Both the position numbers and the translations under genes were made by a program. A model generated the notes under the pieces. That model was not told where the DNA came from. It searched no databases and worked only from the letters and a program-made list of their open reading frames with translations. From positions 24,929 to 88,928 of the forward strand of contig MHBE01000028.1 of the NCBI GenBank assembly GCA_001803205.1: 64,000 bases of DNA, given 5' to 3'. This document shows positions 24,781-34,619 of this stretch, piece after piece; within the stretch, counting starts at the first letter, position 1; each line of letters begins with the position of its first letter. The DNA comes from Lentisphaerae bacterium GWF2_38_69 (GTDB lineage Bacteria > Verrucomicrobiota > Lentisphaeria > Victivallales > GWF2-38-69).

Positions 24781-27501
24781 ATGTTTAAATTCAAACAGAA
24801 AAAAACTACTGAAGAAGAATTGAGAGTGCATCTGGATCATGTCCGGAATCAGCTCAGAGTCATGTCTTTGCTGAGCATTGACAAACTCATGGAGAAGTTT
24901 GAAACAGGTGATAAAGGCTTAAAGCCAGAAAGAATCGAAGAACTTCTCAGGGAATATGGGAAAAATATTGTTGGAATACAGAAACCGCCTCCATGGTGGA
25001 AGATACTCTATTATTCCTTCAAAACTCCTTTTAATATGATTCTTTTTCTTCTGATGCTGGTTTCGGTTGTTACCGGGGATAAAAGCGGCGGAACTGTTAT
25101 GGGGGCTATGATTTTACTTAGTACTTTTCTGAGGTTCTGGCAGGAAAGTAAAGCTGTAATGGAAGCTGAATATCTGAAGAAACTTGTGCATAATAAAGCT
25201 ACCGTAATAAGGCAGCTTTATGAGGGAAAAAAGCTTGTTTGCAAGGAAGTTGATATTCCAATGGAAAATCTCGTTCCGGGAGACATAGTCCATTTGTCGG
25301 CCGGTGATATGATTCCTGGAGATGTAAGACTTATATCTAGCAGGGATCTATTTGTGAGTCAGTCTGCGCTTACTGGTGAAGCTTTACCTGTTGAAAAACA
25401 CGAAAACTTTAAAAAATTTAAAAGATCTGTCTCTCTTCAGAAATATATTGGCGAAGACAAAGGAAAGCGGGAAACAGCTGAAAAAACAAGTTCTTTAGAT
25501 CAGCCTAATATGTGTTTAATGGGAAGCAGCGTTGTGAGCGGTACTGCCAAAGCTGTAGTCCTTTGCACTGGAACAAATACATTTTTCGGTTCAATGGCTT
25601 CCCAACTTATTGGTAAAAGACCTCAGACAGCGTTTGATCAGGGCGTTGACAGCGTCGGAAAGTTACTTGTTAAATTTATGTTTGTAATGGCTCCGATAGT
25701 TTTTATCGTTAATGGTTTTATGAAAAGTGACTGGACTGACGCATTTCTTTTTGCTATTTCTGTAGCTGTAGGACTTACTCCTGAAATGCTTCCAATGATT
25801 TTAAATGCAAACCTTGCAAGAGGAGCTGTCGCGCTTTCCAAGAAAAAGACTGTGGTCAAGAATCTAAGTTCGATACAAAATTTTGGTGCTATGGATGTTT
25901 TATGTACTGATAAGACTGGTACGCTGACACAGGATAAAGTAGTCCTTATAAAGCATCTTGATCTTTCAGGGGAGAAGTCAAAATCAGTACTAAGTTATGC
26001 TTTTCTTAACAGTCATTTTCAAACTGGTTTGAAGAACCTTCTTGATAAAGCCGTCATTACAAGAGCTGAAGACAAGCAGGTTATAGACATCGCAAAAGAT
26101 TATAAGCTCATAGACGAAATTCCTTTTGACTTTGTCCGAAGAAGAATGTCAGTGATTCTGGAGAAGTATGATACAAAAGAAAAGCTATTCATCTGCAAAG
26201 GCGCTGTTGAAGAGACTATCAGAAGTTGTACTAAAATTGAACTTCATGATGGAGAAATTAAAGACATATCAGAGGAGTATGCAAATGTCCTAAATGAACT
26301 TAAGGATCAACTCTCTGAAGACGGTCTTAGAGTCGTAGTCGTAGCTTATAAACAAATTACAGAATGGGCTGAGGATAAATTTTCGACAGAAGATGAAAAA
26401 GACCTTATTTTTTCAGGATATATAGCATTTCTTGATCCGCCAAAAGAGTCGACTTCAAAAGCCCTTAAACTTTTGATGGAGCTTGGCATTGAAGTCAAAG
26501 TCCTGACTGGGGACAATGACCTTGTCTCAAGAAAAATATGCAAGGATGTTGAACTTCCTGTCAAAGGAATTCTTACAGGGCCTGAAATAGACCAGCTCGA
26601 TGAAATACAACTTACAGAGAAAGTTAAAAATTGTACTGTTTTTGCAAAACTCTCTCCAGCAAATAAGGCAAGAGTAGTAAAGAATCTCAAGAGTCAGAAG
26701 CATGTAGTAGGTTTTATGGGAGACGGAATAAATGATGCTCTTGCATTGCGAGAAGCTGATGTAGGCATATCCGTTGATACTGGCACTGACCTTGCTAAGG
26801 AAGCTGCCGATATTATACTTCTTGAAAAGAGTCTTCTTGTGCTTGAGGAAGGGGTAAGAGAAGGGAGAAGGACATTTGGAAATATTATCAAATACATTCA
26901 GATGACATGCAGTTCAAATTTCGGTAATGTATTCAGTGTGCTTATCGCAAGCGCTATTCTTCCTTTTCTTCCTATGATGCCTGTGCAGCTGCTAATCCAG
27001 AATCTTCTGTATGACTTCTCTCAAATTGCTATTCCATGGGACAGAATGGATGAGGATTTTATGAAAAGGCCTAAAACATGGGATCCGAAATCTATAAAGA
27101 AATTCATGATTTTTATAGGTCCGATCAGTTCTATCTTTGACATTTGCACTTTTGCAATTATGTGGTATGTATTCAAGGCAAACTGTGATGCCCAGCAAGC
27201 TCTCTTCAATTCAGGGTGGTTTGTAGAAGGCCTAATAACACAGACTTTGATTGTACATATGATAAGAACAGAAAAAATACCTTTTATTCAGAGCAGAGCA
27301 TCATTTCCTGTCGTATTCGGCACTTCTCTGGTAATATTACTTGGAGTTTTGATTCCATACGCTCCATTTACAGCGCATTTGGGTTTTGTTCCTTTGCCTC
27401 TATCATATTTTCCTTACTTGGTTGCAATGACAATAGCATATTGCTTATTGACACAACTTTGCAAAACATGGTACATAAGAAAGTTTAAAAGCTGGCTTTG
27501 A
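24781..27501 (+). CDS. mgtA: magnesium-translocating P-type ATPase
   Basis: 906 aa. TGEALPV, phosphorylation site CTDKTGTLT, hinge MGDGINDA. MgtA/B-type topology and length. Confidence 0.9.
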   Translation: MFKFKQKKTTEEELRVHLDHVRNQLRVMSLLSIDKLMEKFETGDKGLKPERIEELLREYGKNIVGIQKPPPWWKILYYSFKTPFNMILFLLMLVSVVTGDKSGGTVMGAMILLSTFLRFWQESKAVMEAEYLKKLVHNKATVIRQLYEGKKLVCKEVDIPMENLVPGDIVHLSAGDMIPGDVRLISSRDLFVSQSALTGEALPVEKHENFKKFKRSVSLQKYIGEDKGKRETAEKTSSLDQPNMCLMGSSVVSGTAKAVVLCTGTNTFFGSMASQLIGKRPQTAFDQGVDSVGKLLVKFMFVMAPIVFIVNGFMKSDWTDAFLFAISVAVGLTPEMLPMILNANLARGAVALSKKKTVVKNLSSIQNFGAMDVLCTDKTGTLTQDKVVLIKHLDLSGEKSKSVLSYAFLNSHFQTGLKNLLDKAVITRAEDKQVIDIAKDYKLIDEIPFDFVRRRMSVILEKYDTKEKLFICKGAVEETIRSCTKIELHDGEIKDISEEYANVLNELKDQLSEDGLRVVVVAYKQITEWAEDKFSTEDEKDLIFSGYIAFLDPPKESTSKALKLLMELGIEVKVLTGDNDLVSRKICKDVELPVKGILTGPEIDQLDEIQLTEKVKNCTVFAKLSPANKARVVKNLKSQKHVVGFMGDGINDALALREADVGISVDTGTDLAKEAADIILLEKSLLVLEEGVREGRRTFGNIIKYIQMTCSSNFGNVFSVLIASAILPFLPMMPVQLLIQNLLYDFSQIAIPWDRMDEDFMKRPKTWDPKSIKKFMIFIGPISSIFDICTFAIMWYVFKANCDAQQALFNSGWFVEGLITQTLIVHMIRTEKIPFIQSRASFPVVFGTSLVILLGVLIPYAPFTAHLGFVPLPLSYFPYLVAMTIAYCLLTQLCKTWYIRKFKSWL

Positions 27502-27506
27502 TAACG

Positions 27507-28793
27507 ATGGAATCATTGATTATTGCTATATTTATCATTGGATATGCAGCTATTGCTTTTGAGCATTTCATAAAGGTAAACAAAGCGGCAAGCGCATTGA
27601 TTACAGGAGTTCTCTGCTGGACAGTATATATACTTTATTCTACCAATCACCACGATGTATCCATCCAGCTGGAACATCACTTAGGAGGTCTATCGGGGAT
27701 TTTGTTTTTTCTGCTTTGCGCTATGACTATCGTAGAGATAATTGACGCGCACAAAGGATTTGATTTTGTTACTTCTCTTATAACTCAGAAAGACAAAAGA
27801 AAACTCTTATGGATTCTATCTTTTGTTACATTTTTTATGTCTTCAGCTTTGGATAATCTAACTACTACTATAGTAGTTATTTCCTTATTGAAGAAGCTTG
27901 TTCATGAAACAAAAGACAGACTTTTTTTTGCCGGAATAATGGTAATAGCGGCAAATGCCGGGGGAGCCTGGTCACCAATAGGGGATGTAACCACGACAAT
28001 GCTTTGGATTGGCAACCAGATCACAACAAGTGCTATTATCTATCAGTGTATATTCCCTTCGATAATTTCTTTGATGCTTCCTTTGCTGGTAGTCTCATTT
28101 CATTTGAAAGGCAATGTAAAATCCCATGAAAAAACAGTAATTAATTATGAAGAGACAATCTCTCTTTCTCAGAGACATCAAAGGTTCATTCTTTTTTGCG
28201 GGCTTTCTCTGTTACTGCTGATACCTGTATTTAAAACAATTACTCATCTTCCTCCATACATGGGGGCATTGATAGCCCTTGGCATTCTTTGGGTTATTAC
28301 TGAATTTATTAATGATAAAAAAGATGAGAAAACCAAAATGAGGCTTTCAATTGGAAGAGCTTTGAAGAATGTTGATACTCAGTCAATACTTTTTTTCCTT
28401 GGAATTCTCTTGAGTGTGGCTTCCCTAGAATCTATAGGAGTGCTTTCCCAGTTATCAACAAGTCTAGCAACCCATATAAAAAATCAAAACATGATTGTCT
28501 ATCTTATAGGGATGATTTCGGCAATTATAGATAATGTGCCTCTTGTCGCTGCCGCTCAGGGGATGTATGGCTTATCTATATATCCAACTGATAACAGTTT
28601 TTGGTTATTCCTTGCTTATGCTGCAGGGAACGGAGGAAGCATTTTGATAATAGGTTCTGCTGCCGGAGTCGCTGCTATGGGACTTGAAAAAATCAGCTTT
28701 TTCTGGTATCTAAAGAAAATAAGTTTTCTGGCTTTTCTTGGATATAGTGCAGGAGCTCTCGCTTTTATACTTCAGCAGTATTTTATTTCATGA
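27507..28793 (+). CDS. NhaD/ArsB-superfamily Na+/H+ antiporter-like permease
   Basis: About 428 aa polytopic, with ANAGGAWSPIGDVTTTMLW as seen in the NhaD family. ATG 27507 is preferred over the TTG 27498 of the ORF track. Confidence 0.72.
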   Translation: MESLIIAIFIIGYAAIAFEHFIKVNKAASALITGVLCWTVYILYSTNHHDVSIQLEHHLGGLSGILFFLLCAMTIVEIIDAHKGFDFVTSLITQKDKRKLLWILSFVTFFMSSALDNLTTTIVVISLLKKLVHETKDRLFFAGIMVIAANAGGAWSPIGDVTTTMLWIGNQITTSAIIYQCIFPSIISLMLPLLVVSFHLKGNVKSHEKTVINYEETISLSQRHQRFILFCGLSLLLLIPVFKTITHLPPYMGALIALGILWVITEFINDKKDEKTKMRLSIGRALKNVDTQSILFFLGILLSVASLESIGVLSQLSTSLATHIKNQNMIVYLIGMISAIIDNVPLVAAAQGMYGLSIYPTDNSFWLFLAYAAGNGGSILIIGSAAGVAAMGLEKISFFWYLKKISFLAFLGYSAGALAFILQQYFIS

Positions 28794-29428
28794 TCTATTT
28801 TGATGTCCACACTCATAAGTACTCTTATCAAAAAAATGTTATAGTAATTCTTTTCTCTCTTTCCAGAGGGGATGAACATTTTTGCAGCATCGGAATTCAT
28901 CCCTGGGATGTAAATATAACGAGCGCTGAACAAATTCCACTCATAGATACTATGGCTTATAAATCAAAGGTTCTTGCAATTGGTGAAATAGGATTGGATA
29001 AAGTTTGCCTTGCCGATTTTCAACTGCAGAAAGAGTATTTTTCAAAGCAGCTTGAAATAGCTCAGAAGCATAATAAACCAATTATCATTCACTGTGTAAA
29101 AGCCTATGAAGAAATCCTGTTTTTGTTAAAAGATTTTAAATTTCCGGTAATCATGCATGGTTTCAATAGAGGCTATGAGATGGCAAAACAGCTAATTGGT
29201 AAAGATTTTTATCTCTCTTTCGGCAAAGTTCTTTTTGATGAAAAATCTAAGACAATTGATGCATTCGAAAAAGCACCTCTTGACAGGATATTTCTTGAAA
29301 CAGATGAATCAGAATTAGATATAAAAAATATTTATGAAAGAGCAGCAGAAATAAAAAAAGTTGAACTTAATGTAATTATAGAAAAAATAGAATGTAATTT
29401 TAGAAAGGTTTTCAATGGATACAAATAA
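28790..29428 (+). CDS. TatD-family metal-dependent hydrolase (short form)
   Basis: 212 aa. DVHTH, GEIGLD, IIIHC, LETD motifs. ATGA start/stop overlap with the upstream gene. Confidence 0.78.
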   Translation: MIYFDVHTHKYSYQKNVIVILFSLSRGDEHFCSIGIHPWDVNITSAEQIPLIDTMAYKSKVLAIGEIGLDKVCLADFQLQKEYFSKQLEIAQKHNKPIIIHCVKAYEEILFLLKDFKFPVIMHGFNRGYEMAKQLIGKDFYLSFGKVLFDEKSKTIDAFEKAPLDRIFLETDESELDIKNIYERAAEIKKVELNVIIEKIECNFRKVFNGYK

Positions 29429-30152
29429 TTGGAATATCAGAACTGAACTTCTTCTTGGAAAAGAGGCCATGAAGAAGCTTTCAACCGCTAGCGTTTTAGT
29501 AGCCGGAGTCGGAGGGGTTGGAGCTTATGCTGCAGAATATCTGTGCCGTGCCGGAGTCGGCAAGATAACAATAGTAGATTCTGATATCATTGAAGAAACA
29601 AATCTTAATAGGCAATTAATTGCTCTGCGCTCCAATTTCGCTAAATCCAAAGTAGAACTAATGGCTCAAAGACTGAGAGATATTAATTCTGACGCTCAAA
29701 TTATTCCGATTATGGCATATTTAAAAGATGAAAAAACTCCTGAAATTTTGACAGCAAACCACTTTGACCTGGTAATAGATGCGATCGATACTCTCTCTCC
29801 TAAAGTTCATCTTATTTTAAAATGCCTAGAGCTTAAAATTAAAATAATCAGCTCTATGGGGTCAGGGGGGAAACTTGATCCTTCCCTAGTGAAGGTCTCA
29901 GATATTTCAAAAACATTCAATTGTATGCTGGCTAGGGCTGTTAGAAAGAAACTTAAGAAATATAAAGTATATAAAGGATTCCAAGCTGTATTTTCTCCTG
30001 AAGATGTGAAAGGAGTAGTTATCGAACTTGAAGATGATCCTGATATTATTACAAACAAAAAATCCGTAGTAGGAACAATTTCTTACATGCCATCGGTTTT
30101 TGCCTGTCATGCCGCGGCCGCCGCAATTAGTGAACTGTTGAAAGAAGAATAA
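29415..30152 (+). CDS. tcdA: tRNA threonylcarbamoyladenosine dehydratase (ThiF/E1-like)
   Basis: 245 aa. VAGVGGVGAYAAEYLCRAGVGKITIVDSD..NLNRQ. Overlaps the TatD-like gene by 14 nt. Confidence 0.82.
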   Translation: MDTNNWNIRTELLLGKEAMKKLSTASVLVAGVGGVGAYAAEYLCRAGVGKITIVDSDIIEETNLNRQLIALRSNFAKSKVELMAQRLRDINSDAQIIPIMAYLKDEKTPEILTANHFDLVIDAIDTLSPKVHLILKCLELKIKIISSMGSGGKLDPSLVKVSDISKTFNCMLARAVRKKLKKYKVYKGFQAVFSPEDVKGVVIELEDDPDIITNKKSVVGTISYMPSVFACHAAAAAISELLKEE

Positions 30153-30280
30153 CCTGATTTATTGTTTTCCTAAAGTTATTTTTAATTATGAACTTAAGAA
30201 AACCACAATGCTGATTCTGTCTGAATTAGCTTTGAGATAAAGATAACTGCTAATTGAAAAAATAACTATCTAAAGTTATT

Positions 30281-31831
30281 ATGAAACTTACTATGAAAAT
30301 CATTTCTTCTGAACAGATGAGGGAAATTGATTCCCTTACAATTAGTTCCGGTAAAGTTTCTGGCAAAGAGCTTATGAACAGAGCCGGAGTTAAGATAGCT
30401 TATGAATGTTATTCTTATGTGAGAACTTATTATAGTTTATATTTCAAACGATTTGTAATTCTGGCTGGAAAAGGCAATAACGGCGGCGATGCCTATGTAG
30501 CGGCAAATTGTCTGTATGAAAAATATAAATGCGATGTAATTATTTTCTCTATTTCTCCTGTCGATAAACTTTCAGAGGATGCCAGATTTTATGCTTTAAA
30601 TCTTAACAGCGCAATCAAACATCAAGTTCGTGAAGAATTAAATGAATCGGACTTTCTTCAGGGAGATGTAATAGTTGACGGTTTGCTTGGAACCGGATTT
30701 TCAGGAGCCCTTAGCGGTGTTTATAAAGAGTGGAGCGAATTTGTAAATAGGATTAATAAGCCAGTTATTTCAATTGATATTCCGTCTGGATTGAATGGAA
30801 CTACAGGTTTTGGCTCAGGAATAGTTGCGGATCTTACTATAACAGTAGGATTGCCAAAGATTGGATTTTTTATTAATGATGGAGTCAGAACTACAGGCAA
30901 AGTTATTCCAATTGATATAGGATTTCCTGAAGAATACATTGATATAACAAAGTCTGATCTTTCATATTATACCTTGGGCGATGCCTCATCTTTTGTTAGA
31001 AGGGTTCCATGCGATGCGCATAAGAAATCGAAAGGCAGCGTTTTAATAATAGGCGGGAGCAAATTCTATAACGGAGCTCCGATTCTTTCAGGATTATCTG
31101 CTTTGAGAGCTGGTGCAGGATTCGTTACAGTTGCAGTTCCCGCAGCTTCCGGAATATCGTCTGACTGCCACTCGCTGATTGTAAGAAAAATAGAGGATGA
31201 AGGAAGCGGAGTATTCCAAAGTTCTTCTCTGAAAGAGATAATGGCTTTAATAGAATCCCACGATTCTATTGTTATAGGGATCGGTCTCTCACAGGAAGAA
31301 AGCTGCATAAAAATACTGGAAACTGTTTTAGAATCTAATAAAAGAACTGTTTTTGATGCAGACGCTCTTAATTTGCTTGCTTCCAATATTCATTTGTTAA
31401 AAAAATCTGATAGTTTCGTTTTTTCGCCTCATCCTGGAGAGGTTTTTAGGTTGGCGAAGGCTTTTGGACTTAAAACCATTAGTAATAGGATAGGTTTAGC
31501 AAGGAAGTTAAGCCAATGTCTTGGGGGCATACTGATTTTCAAAGGCAATAAGACTATTACTGTTTCGGAAATAAACAGCGTGGCATATCTGAATAGCACA
31601 GGCTCAGCGACTCTTGCTACTGCTGGAAGTGGCGATGTGCTTAGCGGAATAGTAGGAGCCTTACTGGCAAATTATGATAATGACTGTTTTTCAGCATCTG
31701 CTTTCGGAGTTTATCTACATGGAAAAGCAGGAGAATTAGCTGAAATTGATTTTGGAACCAGGAGCGCTACTGCCGATGATATAATAAAATATATACCTAA
31801 AGCCTTGAAACAAATTTCACCATTTTCATAG
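30281..31831 (+). CDS. nnr: bifunctional NAD(P)H-hydrate repair enzyme (epimerase/ADP-dependent dehydratase)
   Basis: 516 aa. YjeF_N (GKGNNGGDAYVAA) plus a C-terminal kinase-like domain (AGSGDVLSGIVGALLA). The true start may be ATG 30293 (MKIISSEQMREID). Confidence 0.9.
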   Translation: MKLTMKIISSEQMREIDSLTISSGKVSGKELMNRAGVKIAYECYSYVRTYYSLYFKRFVILAGKGNNGGDAYVAANCLYEKYKCDVIIFSISPVDKLSEDARFYALNLNSAIKHQVREELNESDFLQGDVIVDGLLGTGFSGALSGVYKEWSEFVNRINKPVISIDIPSGLNGTTGFGSGIVADLTITVGLPKIGFFINDGVRTTGKVIPIDIGFPEEYIDITKSDLSYYTLGDASSFVRRVPCDAHKKSKGSVLIIGGSKFYNGAPILSGLSALRAGAGFVTVAVPAASGISSDCHSLIVRKIEDEGSGVFQSSSLKEIMALIESHDSIVIGIGLSQEESCIKILETVLESNKRTVFDADALNLLASNIHLLKKSDSFVFSPHPGEVFRLAKAFGLKTISNRIGLARKLSQCLGGILIFKGNKTITVSEINSVAYLNSTGSATLATAGSGDVLSGIVGALLANYDNDCFSASAFGVYLHGKAGELAEIDFGTRSATADDIIKYIPKALKQISPFS

Positions 31832-31849
31832 AAATGATCAAAATTAAAT

Positions 31850-32137
31850 ATGTTTAAAAGAAAAAAAATTGGGTCTTCAAGAACAGAATCACCTTCGATG
31901 AAGGTTCATCATTATTTGTCAGGTCTTATCTTAAAGATTATTTTCTGCATCATTGTTTCAGTAATAATTTTCCTAATTTTTAATTATTTTATATTCAATT
32001 TTATTAACTTCATTCTTGTTAATATCTCTCAGGCTCCTGAGATAACTAAAGAGAACCCTTACTTCATAGGAATAGAAATTTTCGCTATTATTTTGGGAGA
32101 ATATATGGTTATCAGAGATAGAATTCACAAGAGATAA
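31850..32137 (+). CDS. small hypothetical membrane protein
   Basis: 95 aa, basic N-terminus then 2-3 hydrophobic helices. No recognisable motif; tightly spaced after nnr. Confidence 0.4.
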   Translation: MFKRKKIGSSRTESPSMKVHHYLSGLILKIIFCIIVSVIIFLIFNYFIFNFINFILVNISQAPEITKENPYFIGIEIFAIILGEYMVIRDRIHKR

Positions 32138-32208
32138 TTAAGATTGAAGTTCAAATAAATAAATTTAAACAGGATCACATAATTATAAATGAATAAGGAG
32201 AAGAAGTA

Positions 32209-34410
32209 ATGAACACAAAAAAAGCCATTGCAGCATTTTTGCTGGCACTGCCAGCATTTACTTTGGTTACTAATAATGCTTATTGTGATGAAGATTCTAC
32301 CGGAATTCCAAAAACGATCAAAGTAAAAATTTCTCACCCGATAGATGATGGGAAAGGCGATTTTTCAGGAAAATACCAGAAATATATTACGATGAACTAT
32401 TCTGATTTGAATGACGCTAACGATAACTCAGGCGCTATTAGAGGATTTTTTGCTAAATATAAGAATGCTGATAAGGAGATAATAAAAATATCAAAATCTG
32501 AATTTGAAACAGGATGTGTGATACCCTACACTTTGGGTCTTTGGTTAGATTCAGATAATGGTTTGTTAAGAGTTGTAGACACTGCGCATATGTCTCAGAA
32601 TGCCAAAGAACACATGGCAGGTATTTTTAACGATTCAAAATTAAACAAATATTCATATGATCTTGCAGAAGGCGGAAAAAACTGGCCTATATATTGCCCA
32701 TATAACCAATATGAATTTATTAATAAAAAGTTTCATGGCGTTCAGGGAGCAAAATTTATTCAAACTGATAAAGAAAAGCCACAATGGAAACCGCTTCTTA
32801 AGAACAAATCTGGAATATGGCAGAATCAGGAATGCTTATATAATCATATAGGATTGATGTTTATTCCTAATAACTACATTGTTCCTGGCGGAATGTTCAA
32901 TGAAATGTTCGGTTGGGATTCTTTCTTTATGATCAAAGGACTGCTTGACAGTGCCCAATATATTCTAGACAACCCTGACAGCGAAATATATTTTGCGGGG
33001 AAAGGTTATCGCAAGGTTACAGCTAATGATGCGGTAGAGATGTTTCAGATAGCCAAAGGAATGGCTGATAATCATATTTATGAGATAAATTGCTATGGCG
33101 GCTTTATCCCTAATTCAAACAGGAGCTATCATCTCGGCAGATCTCAGCCTCCATTTCTAGTGCAGGAGTCTCTAGCAGTCTATAATTTTTGGAAGAACCT
33201 TTCGGATGATAATAAAAATCTTTTTGCTTATAGAGAAACTCTAGGAGAATATCTTTCACTTGAACCTGACGCAATAAAAAAGAGTTTCAAGGCTCCGACA
33301 AATTACGAAGAATGGCTGACTAGAGAAGTCCTTCCTGCTGCTATTGCCTATTTTAAATATTATACTGAACCTAATACCGTTTATACACAATGGAGTCCTT
33401 ACGACAGCTCCAATCCTAAAGATCAAAAGAATCAGCATGTGATTAACGGACTTTCAGTTTATTATGTTGACGGCATTGGAGCCTGTTTTGAAGTTGTTTT
33501 CTCACCTGACGAAACAAACCGTGGTCTTTACGATATGTATGCTGCAAATTTTAAAAACGGTACATTCGCAAATCCACAGAATCTTTATTATGACCCGGAA
33601 AAGGGCGAACTTACTGAATGGCTCTATAAAAATGACCGAGCAGTAAGAGCTTCAGGCTTTGATATTTCCCTGAGATTCGGCAAAGCTGGGCAATTTTGTT
33701 TGGATTACGCTCCAATTGCTCTTAATTCACTGCTTTACGAAATGGCTGATGATATCGAAGAGATAAGTACACTAGATGCTTCAAAGGATAATAGCTACGG
33801 TTATACTTCAGATGAAATTTCAAAGAATATGGAGTTTGTTACAACTCATAAAACTGAACTTAAAAAATTAATTAACAGTAAGATGTGGGATACAGGGAAA
33901 AAATATTTTGCAGATTACAACTTCTATCCGGAACGAAATAAACAAAGCACATACGCATATGAGTTTACAACAAAATACTGTCCTTATTATGTGGGAGCCA
34001 GTGATATCAAAATTAAAACAAAAGGTGATTTGTTCCTTCCTTCACCGGCTGCTGCAAAAAATTTCGGAGAAGATGTTAAAGCAGTTTACGGAGTTACTAC
34101 CAGTTTGAACAAAGATGCAATTGGTATAACTCAATGGGATTTTCCTGTAGCATGGGCTCCTAATGAATATTTTGCCTACGAAGCCATGCTCAGTTGTGAA
34201 AAGAATTCGATGGCTGACAAGATAGCAATGGGGTGGACTGATACAATTGATATGTATTTTGCAAAACACGGCATCATTATTGAAAAATATAGCGCGTATA
34301 ATCCACTTGGAGATGTTCGCGTCACAACAGGTTATGCTAAAAATAACGCTGGTTTTGGTTGGACTAACGGCATGTATATGCTTTTTATTCAGGCGTTAAA
34401 CCAAAAATAG
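32209..34410 (+). CDS. secreted GH37 trehalase-like glycoside hydrolase (long form)
   Basis: 733 aa. Signal peptide MNTKKAIAAFLLALPAFTLVTNNAYC. Trehalase signature 2 is an exact match (QWDFPVAWAP); signature 1 is degenerate (PGGMFNEMFGWDSF). AAGGAG RBS. Confidence 0.8.
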   Translation: MNTKKAIAAFLLALPAFTLVTNNAYCDEDSTGIPKTIKVKISHPIDDGKGDFSGKYQKYITMNYSDLNDANDNSGAIRGFFAKYKNADKEIIKISKSEFETGCVIPYTLGLWLDSDNGLLRVVDTAHMSQNAKEHMAGIFNDSKLNKYSYDLAEGGKNWPIYCPYNQYEFINKKFHGVQGAKFIQTDKEKPQWKPLLKNKSGIWQNQECLYNHIGLMFIPNNYIVPGGMFNEMFGWDSFFMIKGLLDSAQYILDNPDSEIYFAGKGYRKVTANDAVEMFQIAKGMADNHIYEINCYGGFIPNSNRSYHLGRSQPPFLVQESLAVYNFWKNLSDDNKNLFAYRETLGEYLSLEPDAIKKSFKAPTNYEEWLTREVLPAAIAYFKYYTEPNTVYTQWSPYDSSNPKDQKNQHVINGLSVYYVDGIGACFEVVFSPDETNRGLYDMYAANFKNGTFANPQNLYYDPEKGELTEWLYKNDRAVRASGFDISLRFGKAGQFCLDYAPIALNSLLYEMADDIEEISTLDASKDNSYGYTSDEISKNMEFVTTHKTELKKLINSKMWDTGKKYFADYNFYPERNKQSTYAYEFTTKYCPYYVGASDIKIKTKGDLFLPSPAAAKNFGEDVKAVYGVTTSLNKDAIGITQWDFPVAWAPNEYFAYEAMLSCEKNSMADKIAMGWTDTIDMYFAKHGIIIEKYSAYNPLGDVRVTTGYAKNNAGFGWTNGMYMLFIQALNQK

Positions 34411-34434
34411 ATTAATAACTAATTCAATATTATC

Positions 34435-34460
34435 AAGGCCGATTTTATATCGGCCTTTTT
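34435..34460 (+). terminator. rho-independent terminator after the GH37 gene
   Basis: AAGGCCGA (34435-34442) pairs with TCGGCCTT (34450-34457), followed by TTT. Confidence 0.7.
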
Positions 34461-34619
34461 GCTCTATATAAGAGATATCACATTACAGATTTATAACTCA
34501 GGATAAAGTAAGCTGCCCCTTAATCAAAGAAGGCTAACTTCGATGCAATTACCTGGCTCTAGCCTATAATGTGAATACAATAAGCTCTAATTTTAAATTA
34601 TATACGATGGAGAACTACT

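Noticed and set aside
23394-26897. Antisense ORFs within hrpA (140 aa) and mgtA (73-114 aa)
   Set aside because: Shadow frames of long, well-supported genes.
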